A stretch of 63,430 nucleotides of DNA, filler included, from Corallochytrium limacisporum Hawaii (Eukaryota > Protista > Pluriformea): NCBI GenBank assembly GCA_002811645.1. It is 6 parts of 6 records of this genome, joined end to end, with 100 filler letters (N's around TTAATTAATTAA, not from the genome) between each part and the next. Parts side by side here need not be neighbours in the genome. Positions count along the whole stretch, not along the records: positions 1 to 30,638 come from PDIP01000030.1; 5 more parts are not named here. One strand, 5' to 3'. Below are positions 10,935-21,900 of the stretch, one piece after another (positions within the stretch are counted from its first letter, which is position 1; the number at the start of each line of letters is the position of its first letter). The position numbers and the translations under genes are program-made. The notes under the pieces were generated by a model. The model ran no database searches, had not been told where the DNA came from, and saw only the letters and a list, made by a program, of their open reading frames with translations.

Positions 10935-13900
10935 TGTGGATGGAAGTCTCTGATAGCGCAATGCAGAGCTATGTTGGTGGGAAACTCATCAGAGTGAGGA
11001 TGTGCAGTTGGCCCTGTGTGTATTCCATATAACATAACATTTATGATACAGTTTGGAAACGTGAAAGAGACCAAATACCATCCCAAAAGTGTACCAACTC
11101 TGGTGCATCAAAGGTTCACTAAAATTACCCAGTTTGTTGAATTCGTACATAGTCTCTGCACACACAGTTCTTACTTTAATCCCCGGCTCCGCGTCCTTGC
11201 CTCACCGAAAATAAACGCCTTGACTTTGGGAAAGACAAGGCGGAACAGCAGTCGTGACCCATCCAAGCGGGGAACGTGAGTCGGGGCATTTGCTTGGAAC
11301 GGGTCCAGTTCGCCTCACTGCACCCCACCGAATCCCCCATATTCTCCCCACAGCAAAGAGAAGGGAAGCAGGGGGGAGAAGAGGGGGGAGTTCGATGCGA
11401 GTTCTTGTAACACGGGACCAAAATGAAAGTAAGGAGTGGTGCGGGAGATCCCCTTGGTCGGATGCTGCAAATTGAAGAGAGAAAATGGTGGAGTGTTAGA
11501 AGCGGGACTACGGAAACCACTTCTCCACCATGAATTCTCGGGGAAACAACACAAGGAACCTCCTTATCCCCCTCTGTCCCGCCAATCTTCTCTGTGCGGC
11601 AGATAGATATAGTGAGTCTTAGGGCTTTTCTGCTTCCAGCGGTACTCCCCATGTCCTACTCCTCAATTTTCGTTTTGTTCGATCCGTGTTTCCTCATTCC
11701 CTGCGAATGCTATGGATATCATAATTCACAAAGTGATTGCTGACTCCCGCATCGAATTGCGGCATGTATGGGCATGCCTCTTGTAGTCTTGCCATTACAC
11801 GATATCAAATGCTGACCTAGGTCTTCGTTTTCTCAACCATTCTCCACACCCTCCCTTGCCTCCTCTCGGGGGACTCCCCCCTCCACGCGTGGCCTTTTAC
11901 CACCGCGAAGCACGAATGAGATCACTACGACTGACCCTCCCACTGTTAAAATGAGGAACTTCCATCCCGTGTCCCTAAATCCCCTTGCACAGACCTATCA
12001 ATCTCCCCCAAGCAGCGGCACAAGCCATACGTAAATCCCCTTGCATAATTCTTCTATGGGATTCTCGTGCTTCGTCGGCCTTCGAAATCAAACTAGAGAA
12101 TGAGGAGTGCTGGGTCGCCCAGGGAAAAAGAGAGGGGGGTGGGGGCAACAAACATTAGAAAAAGAACAAAGGCGAGTAAAGCCTTGAGTTTTTTTCTAAG
12201 GTTTCAGTACTCGAGCCATGCCCTCTAGGCAAATTTTGGCTTTGGGGGCTGTTAGCTGTCTGTAAACGCGGCACGCAGACATGTTAGCTTATTCCAAATG
12301 CAGCAGTCTTTTTGCACAAACGAAGGAACTTATTTTCATTGGGTTGACAGGAAGATAAGAAGGAAGTGGTGTGAGCGCCCAATGTAATAAACGAAAACAC
12401 GGTCAAACATCAGAAGCACGGGCTTTTCATGACACCTCAGCTCTGGTTTCGCTACCCCTTTGTGTGCGAAAGGTATTCGTGTGAACATGCTCAGTATTCC
12501 ACTCCACAATGCTTGCGGAGGGTACATCTAACGGCATTCAGAGCTGAGGTCCGTAGCAGCTCAGTTCTGCGCAGCCGTCGCTCCAAAGAAATCCCCTCAC
12601 CGCGCCGCAGTAACGAACCTTCCAGGCTCACTGGGAAATGTCCTCGCCTGCCACAAAACGCGGTCATATGCCAAGTTCCTGTCTCCGGGACATGGGGGGA
12701 TGCGCACTATTTCCGCAGAGACAGCTCAAGCACAGTAGCAAGGGTTTTGCTGGAAAGGGCGGATAACAGGAAGAAAATTCAGAGACTGGAACGGTTCGGA
12801 CGCAGTAGGGAACACACAGCGCGCAAGAGAGTACATGTTGTTCCCTAGTACCACCACTACCACTAACACTACAAAATGTTTGTTGTTGCAGGCTGAACCG
12901 GGCGATGAACTCAGGAAAAATGCCGACATGTGATAGTATTTCAGACCAACAGTCAAGTGAGGATGTTCAAAAGGGACCAGGGAGATAATGGATGATTAGA
13001 GGGGGCGGGGCCTCATACTCCAATTTTCCGGCCGATGCCAGTGCTTTCCCCCTGCGCCAGCGAGGGTGTTAAGGGAGTGTTTCTCCTCGAAGTGATTGCA
13101 CTCTTCGATGAGCTAGGGGCACGTCACAGAGACAGGACCCCTCTCCGTGGTTCGTCCCCGGTGAGAAATGATTGTGGACCCTGTAAGCGTCGCGGCTTGG
13201 TGGCGTTTTCCTCCCTTTACTATGTGTTGGTTCCTCTATGTCTACTACCGACATAGGCTTCTCAATTCCGGGACTTGGTTTGGTCGTTTAATTTCTAAAA
13301 TCCCCCCACTAAATGTACTGCGTGGATTCTTGTGCCATTCCGCGCCAAAAATCGGCCAGCAGACTGGTCGACTCAAAGCTAAGCCGGCACGGTTGCCGTG
13401 AATGCAGTCTACAACAATGATCTCTCTCCCAACAATAACGAGCCCATGTAGAATTTTGACACATAAATCAACGTCCACAATGGCGCTCAAAGTCGGGACC
13501 AAAAGCCATCACATGGGGCTGGGGATTTTGCAATCGCTTACGCGGGTATGTCCTCGGAGGTTTTCCGTGGTATCAGCGAAGAACCGATTTCTATTTGAGA
13601 GGAATCTGCAACTTATTGACTTACAGCACGTACATTGGCGAAATGGATTTACCCAGCATGTCCCTTTGCATGGTATTTTCAGAGTCTCCAGACATCTGGG
13701 TCTCCTCAGAAGATGACTGATAGTGAATGCACAGAGTGTGAGTGAGTGAGTGAGTGAGCAAGTAAGAAGCCTCATGCAGGTGACATGCGTTGGTAGCCAT
13801 TTCTATTCATATGTGTAGTGTCTACATACATGCCGGTGATGTGACTTTGGTGCAGTTACACAGGGACACGGCGCATCCCACACGAGGAGATGTCTGTGTA

Positions 13901-14670
13901 ACTCCCAAAAGCCCAAGCCACAGAGAAGCAGCACGTAGCATCCCCTTTATCCCCATCAGCACAAATAGAACATAGGAAAGCCCGTGCATGTTGCCCGTGT
14001 CGGCTCCCCGCTTTTCGGCTTGTGATTCTTTGGACCACTGGGAGGGTTCTGGATATGCCACATAGTGGCTGAAAGGTGCATGTTTCGACCAATCGCTGGG
14101 TCCTATCACCGACACGTGAGGAGGGTTTCTCCACAGCCTGGGGGACACCCCCCAACACATTCCCAACCCGGGCGGAACGTTTCCCTGCCCACGTTTACGT
14201 CCCTCGTTTTCAGGTCCCGTATATCAAAAATAAAACACACACAATGCGAAAAAACACACACAAAAGCGCAGAGGTCAGAGAGTGGACTAAAAAAAGGAAA
14301 CACAGTTGAAAACCGGGGTTTGGCTTCGAACGTGGCGAGCCTGCAATACTATAGTAAAACACCCGAGAGCTTGCTAGCAATTTGGCCTTTTAATTGTATG
14401 GAACCTATGGTGAATATGATTTCAGTATGAAAGCGGCTGTACCTTCCTGCTGGCTGAATATATGGGAAGGTTATGGCACTGGGGCGCTTCGCTTCGGTTA
14501 GCAGTTCAATGGAGGACCCACTTTGCCAGGACTGCCATGCTGCGCAGGAACAGCAGCTGATAATATTATCAAAGTCATACGCACGTATTTGGAAGGGATC
14601 TTTTCGCAAATGGGAAGAAAGCATCTTATAAGTAGGTGTATAATTTGGATACTCGGAAAAGAATTCAACA

Positions 14671-15321
14671 ATGTCTAAAGTCAGCCGTGACACCCTCTAC
14701 GAGGCTGTGGAGAATATTAAGAAGGCCTCCACCGACAAGAAGCGCAACTTTTTGGAGACTGTTGAGCTGCAGGTTGGTCTCAAGAATTATGATCCTCAGC
14801 GTGACAAGCGTTTCAGCGGTACCATTCGTCTGCCCACTCTGCCCCGTCCCAACATGAAGGTCTGCGTTCTGGCCGATGCTCACCACGCCGATGAAGCAAA
14901 GTCTAACAACATGCCTTTCATGACCGTCGAGGACCTGAAGAAGCTGAACAAGCAAAAGAAGCTGGTGAAAAAGTTGGCTAAGAGCTACGATGCTTTCCTG
15001 GCTTCCGAGGCCCTTATCAAGCAGATTCCCCGTCTGTTGGGTCCTGGTCTGAACAAGGCCGGTAAGTTCCCCACTCTGCTGACCCATCAGGACTCCATGA
15101 CTTCCAAGGCTGATGAGCAGAAGGCAACTATCAAGTTCCAAATGAAGAAGGTTCTGTGCTTGGGTGTGGCTGTTGGCCATGTCGAGATGACTGATGATGA
15201 CCTTGTGGCCAACCTGTTCCTGGCCATCAACTTCTTGGTTTCTCTGTTGAAGAAGAATTGGCAGAATGTCCGTTCTCTGTACATCAAGAGCTCCATGGGT
15301 AAGCCCATCCGCATCTACTAA
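14671..15321 (+). CDS. RPL10A: 60S ribosomal protein L10a (uL1)
   Basis: 216 aa [13 protein letters not shown]...[22 protein letters not shown]...[23 protein letters not shown], with strong codon bias. Confidence 0.98.
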   Translation: MSKVSRDTLYEAVENIKKASTDKKRNFLETVELQVGLKNYDPQRDKRFSGTIRLPTLPRPNMKVCVLADAHHADEAKSNNMPFMTVEDLKKLNKQKKLVKKLAKSYDAFLASEALIKQIPRLLGPGLNKAGKFPTLLTHQDSMTSKADEQKATIKFQMKKVLCLGVAVGHVEMTDDDLVANLFLAINFLVSLLKKNWQNVRSLYIKSSMGKPIRIY

Positions 15322-16458
15322 ATGGGTTGCATACACACTGCTGTTTCATGTTCTCGGGAGGGCCGGCTTAGAGTATGTGCCGGTCGAACTTGAGTTAATA
15401 GTATCAAAATTCATAGCATTAGTCGCGTTTGACCAATGGCCGGAGCATCTGTCTGGTACATCATTGGGAGCGAGTTCATTGCACCGTATCATAGTCGTAA
15501 ATCATTACATAGAATACATTCACAGTGACATTGTTTGGTCATCACAATAACGAGCTGAGTACGAGTTCTTCAAAAGTGTGAATACATAATTGAGAGTGCG
15601 GGGTCAAAGGTATGAGAGAGGATCAAACGTGAAACACATTAAGAGATCATGTGCGAAAAGAAAACAACATCAGAGAGTACAGACGTGGCAGAAAGTTCCA
15701 TTAGGTCTGCGGAAGCTCAGAGTGCGCTTCGACATTCCGATTGGGAACGAGCCGCCAAGGCCTAAGTGGCCCTCTGCAACCAAAGGGATTCTTCTACCCC
15801 AAAACACAAAATTGGTTGGGGTAGACTGGTAGCTACTTGTACACTTCCCAGCATGTGGAATAAGCCATAAGTCAGAGCGGTTCCTACAGCACTCACTTCA
15901 CCCTTAAGTCGTAACAAGTGTTTCGGGGGGCAGTGCTCCTTGGTCAAAGGACCAATCGGGTTCCCGGTCATCATTCTATGGTTATTAAACCAGGAAGGTT
16001 TCATAGCCAAAATCCAGCTGAACAAGCTTGTGACTTTCTATAGTCGGGATTGTCTGTTCTTTATGTAGCCGAATGATGAAGTTTGACAGACATGATTTTG
16101 AATGTTGACGAAAAGGGTGGCCCGACAAAGTCTGTCAAAGGCCCCTTGCGGTGCCCCACGAATGGACCACCAGGGCTGGCCAGATGGGTTACATTCAATG
16201 TGAAATCCTCCGTATGAAAAATCTTTGGAATTCCTCTCTCAATTAAATGTGTATGGCAATTTGCCTATAGTTTTCATTCCCTACAAAATTGTAGTGTATT
16301 AAATATGGAAAATAATCAGTATATGAAATTAGGAAACGTGGTTGCTACCCTCAAGTGATAGAGAGAATCAGAAAGGGGAAGAGGTTGGTAGAGGGGTACG
16401 TACATTTGGCGAACTCGGAATTCGTTCACCATGCGACATTGGAGCGGGTAAAGCCCCC

Positions 16459-16484
16459 GGGGGGGGGGGGGGGGGGGGGGGGGG
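16459..16484 (+). repeat. Poly-G homopolymer (26 nt)
   Basis: Directly visible G run. Confidence 0.9.
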
Positions 16485-16765
16485 AAGGGGAGATGGGAGG
16501 CGAGTTGGAACGGACGGGTCTCTGCAATACGCAGCGGCAGCAAGACGCCACTGATGTGAAGTCGGACCCATGGTGTATCATACAAACTCATGGACTGCAA
16601 GAGCTGGGTCAGTCCATGAAGAAGTGTTAGGCGCTCTGGCTTTGTACTTTAGGTTCCATGAGTCCTGTAGACAGACTATTCAAGAATGGTGTCAATTAGA
16701 AAAAGGGAGTTCACTAGCTGACAGCTCTCACAAGAAATACGAGGTCTCTGGTGTGGGCTGTCACG

Positions 16766-17946
16766 ATGAGTGTTGTCGGAGCTCCACGGCCATTCACCAA
16801 GCCGACAGTGATTGATGTGAACCTCCTGGATCTAGCGATCGGGGAATAGTGTGCTTCGGGTCCGAAACTTGCCAGTGAGACCAAACTTACCGCATTCCAG
16901 CATGAAAGTAGAGCAAGCAGCGATCAAGAAGACATTTCATCATCCGCGATTAACGACAACTTCGAGTTCAGTGAAGTTCAGGAGCTACGCCTTGACTTCA
17001 AGAACATACTTCGGATCGCCAACATGTGGCCCCTTGAGTCGTTGGTCAAGCTGCAGCTTGACAATAATGTTATTGAGCGCATTGAGGGCATAGAGACCTT
17101 GGTAAATCTTACTTGGCTGAACCTGTCTTTCAATAACATCGCAAAGATTGAAGGACTTGACAAACTCACAAGCTTAAGGATCTCGTTCTGCATGAAAAAA
17201 AGATGCGCACAATCGAAGGATTGGACTCACAAACAGAATCCCTGCAGGTGCTTACTATTGGCAAAAACTTGATCACTAAGATGGCTGATCTTTTGTACCT
17301 CCGTCAGTTTAAAAAATTGAAAAGTCTGAGCTTAGAGGGTAATCCAATTTGTGAGGACACAAGAAACGGTCGTAAAGACTATGCCATTGCACACATACCT
17401 CAACTTGTGTACTTGGACCATCGAATCATTCACGACGGTGACCGCAAGCAGGCCTATAACTTGCATTCGGCTAGCATTGTGGAGATTGAAACCAAGGAAA
17501 TGGATGATAGCATACAAAGTGCCAAGTGAAAGAACAGTCTGAAATCGAGGACAGACTCAAGAAGGCCCACGTTTCAGGACTACAGATTGAAGCGGCCTTG
17601 GCTAACCTCTACGAATGTGATGTTGATGCAGCAAAGCTCAAGTACATAGCCGGGTATGACGATGCTGTCAGCCAACAACGCGCTGCTATGGAATGTGTAT
17701 GTGAACAGGCCACTGCGTTTGCATTGATTCAATGACGGAGCACAAGAACTTTTTGTGGATAAGGATACAATGTCCAATGCTGTATCGGCAGCTCATGATC
17801 ACCACATATCCCGAATTGATGCATATGAAGATGACGAACTGGCATCCATTCATGCGGAATTCGAGAGTATTAGGAAAATGACGAACACTAGAGAGTTCCA
17901 AAGACATCGAGAACGAATTCATGTAGTTCAAAAAATTGTAAGCTAA
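16766..17946 (+). pseudogene. DRC3: Dynein regulatory complex subunit 3 (DRC3/LRRC48) pseudogene
   Basis: Successive frames match DRC3 as I recall it: KPTVIDVNLLDLAIGE* ~ EPRVMDDDMLKLAVGDQ; VQELRLDFKNILRIANMWPLESLVKLQLDNNVIERIEGIETLVNLTWLNLSFNNI; LLYLRQFKKLKSLSLEGNPI...HIPQLVYLDHRII; ELFVDKDTMSNAVSAAHDHHISRIDAYEDDEL. Disruptions are an in-frame TAG at 16847-16849, frameshifts near 17177 and 17525, and a frame break plus apparent internal deletion near 17733. Confidence 0.85.
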
Positions 17947-18988
17947 GCAAAGTAGACTGTTGGTGTCTGATTATAACAGGACCAAGCACAGTGTCAACAA
18001 TTTGAAGGGCTCTTCCCCGAGGCGTACAACTTTATGCCCACAACAAATTGTCACCTTGCCACAATATATGTAGACTCAGTCGCCATAGGAATGAGAATCG
18101 TCATGAAGCTAGACAATGCCGCTGTCCAAACCCCAATGAGACAATTTGAGCCCAATTTGATTGATTTGTGGTAATTCAATACCACTGATAACAGTTTGGG
18201 GTATTGAATTTTCTTGACGATCTCCAAATTTCTAGTACATCAAGTGCACGAATAATGATGTTCGCCATAAAGAATATTGAATACACTGGGTAATTTGCTA
18301 AATCTGTGGTGTGGAATGTGATGAAGGCTTCGGATGTGCTGAGATGCTTCGGTGCTTAAATATTTGTTAGGAATAGACGTATTTTGCTTAGTCACCTATT
18401 GGCTTCCATTCAACTATGTTTGCTTGTGCCAATCCTGTTGAACCGTGAATCCCGCTTGGAATAAATCAGCTCCATTTTTTCGTTGTGTTTGAATTCTCCA
18501 TTGCCTACCGAAAACTGTATTTCTACGAAATCAAGGCCTGACCTGAATTGCCGGGCCCCTTCTCAAATTCTTTTCTCTGGTCCAGGAACATACTGTACGG
18601 GGTGTGAATGGTCAGCCGCCAGTTTTCTTTGTAGTCCAGTCCTACTGAGAAAATGGTCTGGCCTGTGTAGCCAGCACGTATAGGGAAGGAAATAAAGGAT
18701 TCTGGGGCACACACCGGTTCGACCACTTCGACCCTCAACAGTGTCCCCGTTCCGGTCAGGAGTGGTGTGGGTAGGGTTTGTAGTGGCCCCTAGAGGTATT
18801 TCATCTCTCTTTTAAGTGAGGCTGCACAATCGCTCCTAAGTTTTCACACCCCAAGAGCGATGATAGACGAATTCTCTGTGAAACGATGAGAACAACGAGA
18901 CTTCATAAACCAGCGAATTACATGGATATGGGCAACTCGTGATGATCCCAGCAGCCTGACAATTATTGGCAAAGTCTGCAGCAGCATC

Positions 18989-21900
18989 ATGCCACCACCT
19001 CCCAAGCCAAAACATGACTACGACGCCTTGGCAGAGCGCCGGAAGGATGAATTGGCCGCACTGGCCAGCATCTTTATGGACGACTACACATACAACGTAC
19101 AGGAGACCAATATTTGGGGCCAACCATCTAGGAACAAGAATGCGGAAGAGCGAGCAGTCGGCCTTGTGCAGCTTAGACTGCAACCCGTCACGTCCCAAGT
19201 ATCCCGGCAGCACCAAGTCACTGCGTCTTTGCAGGTCAGACTGGGACATTTGTATCCAACTGCGCCGCCAACCGTTACTATTGTCGATGCCAAGGGAATA
19301 AGCCCAGAGACAGTCGAGAAGCTGAACCGTGAGATCAATCGAAAGGCAGCTGAATTAGTCCCTAATGAAATGATCTTCGACCTGGCCGAATGGCTGCGTA
19401 ATCGTCTACGGGACTTTGATGTGCCAGTGTTATCTTTTCACGATGAGATGGAGGCCAGGAAGCAGCGGGAACGGGAAGAACAAGAGAGACAGAGACTGCG
19501 ACAGGAGAAAGAAGCTGAACAGAAAGCTAAGGAAGAAAAAGAGAATATGACCGCGCTGCGCAGCGATTTAGAGCGCCTCGAGGTCGATCTACTCAGTCAG
19601 GAACAACAACATTTAAAGAAAGGCCACGCCGACAGGTACCGTCAACCGATGGAGTCCAAGACGCTCTTCGCGTCCTTATACCTTGGGAAAGAACTTGGGA
19701 TCTCTACGTACAGCCGCATGACATGTCTGGCATTCGACACCCGACGAGGCGAAGCGGTCGTCGTGAAGCGTTTTCGCTTCGGCAGCGCAGGTAGTGGGGA
19801 TCCCAGCGATAGCATGAACCGAGAGCAAGGTGGAGGATCCTTGGCAGGCTACGTTGCAGCGCAACTGAATACCCTTTTGGAGAGGCACTGGCGTGGATTG
19901 AGTCGTCTCAGACACCGGCATTTGCTTCAGGTTTTAGACTATCGAATGGAGGGTTCAGAGTCAGACATTATGTTGGAGTTTCTATTGCCACACTGTGGCG
20001 GTGGTACGGCGGCGAAGAGCATGCGGGCCCTGACCACATCATCCGGAAAGCCGATCTTTGGCAATATGTGGAGTCTGTTGACTGATGTCGCAGAGGCATT
20101 GTGTTGTTTGCACGAGCATAATTTGTACTATGGCCGGCCTATTCTCTTGCACAACATTCTGATCGATGGAAGCGGCAGTGTGCGCTTGAGTGATTACCAT
20201 CCTTTTGGCGCATTGGACACTCTGGCATGGGAGGTCAACGAGGATGTGTCTCCGCACAACCACTTACTGGAAGAGGTGCCCAAGCCACCAGTGGAATTGT
20301 CTACTTTTGGCTCGCCCGATAGGGGAAGTGACCGGAAAGGAAACCCAGATCTCATGAAGCAGCGGCAAGATCTTTGGTATTTTGGGTGCTTGGTGGCCCA
20401 AGTACTACTGCTGGGAGACACCCATGGTAAGAGCAATGTGGTGGAGGTGGTAGAAGCATCCAGGCGTCAGCGCAGGGAGTCCCTGCCGTTTGAATTACCT
20501 ACATGCTTTCAGAATGCCCTATTTGCCTGCCTGGTGGTGACTGATGACAACCTGGACTCGGACATGGAAGATATTCTCATTCTCATGAGGGAGACACCGG
20601 AGGAAGCGCTGGAAATGAGGTCAGTCAACTCACACCAACTCGAAATCAGCTTTGCGGAAAGTGATGTGGGCAATGAGGAAGGGTCATCAAGTGACAGTGA
20701 AGGATGGTTCTCCTTTCAACCACCCCAAGCCAACTTAGATCTCCAAGAGAGCATTGAAGAAACTAATCGCCCATCTGTGGTACCTAAGACAAGAGACAGT
20801 TCTTCCTACAGCGACATCACACCTGCAGGCACGGAACATACTGCAACTTCAAGAGGACGTACCTCGTTCAACGACACATCTGATGCTTCGACGTCGAACG
20901 TGGTACCAAACACTGCCACGTCCCGCAGTCGTTTTGTCACTGACTTTGAGACCATCTGCTTTCTTGGGAAAGGTAGTTTTGGAAGCGTTATGAAGGCTAG
21001 GAATCGACTCGACGGGCGTCTGTACGCTCTAAAGAGACTGTTCGTTCATGGACGCATCGGCAAAGACGGAAAGCTTATGCGGGAAGTCATGCTTCTGAGT
21101 CGGTTGCACCATAATTACATCGTGCGCTACTACCAGGCATGGCAGGAGACGGCCAGTGCCGACGTCAGTGCTATCTTCCAACGGACACCGATGGCGTCTG
21201 AGGCCAATACCCCACATGGCACTAGCAAGGACACGACTTCAATCACGAACATGGGTGCCATCCTGTTCATTCAAATGGAATACTGCAATGGTACTTTAAG
21301 GGAATTGATTGATTCAGGCATCTTTGTTGATAAGATCCAAGGCCAGAGCAACTTTAACAGAGTGCTGTCGCAAATGTTAGATGCACTGAACTACATTCAT
21401 CACAAAGGCATTATTCACAGAGATTTGAACCCCAATAATGTGTTCATTGACGCCAACAATAATGTGAAGATCGGGGATTTCGGCCTGGCACTGAACTATG
21501 AAGCCAACGTCACACCAGAACAGAGGGAAGAGGCCGCTCTGAGTGCAGAGAGGATGACTGGCAGCATGCGAACTGGGTCATCAGTGGTCGGCACAGCGAT
21601 GTACATGAGCCCAGAACTGATCAGTCGCACGAGCTCGTCCGCTACCATGAAGTATTCTGCTAAATGCGATATGTACAGCGTTGGCATCATGGTCTTGGAG
21701 ATGGTTCACCGTTTTGAGACCGGCATGGAGAGGGCTCGCAGTCTCACTGCGGCTAGGAGCCCGGAGATACAACTTCCCGTAAAGCTTGCAGCACCATGGG
21801 CGGGTGAACAACAATACGAGATCATGCGATGGTGCTTGCAGCACAATCCGGAGAAGCGACCGACGGCAAAGGATCTGTACTACAGTAGCCTGATTCCTCC

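Noticed and set aside
14665-15336. 223-aa antisense ORF over RPL10A
   Set aside because: Shadow frame caused by biased codon usage, with no protein features.
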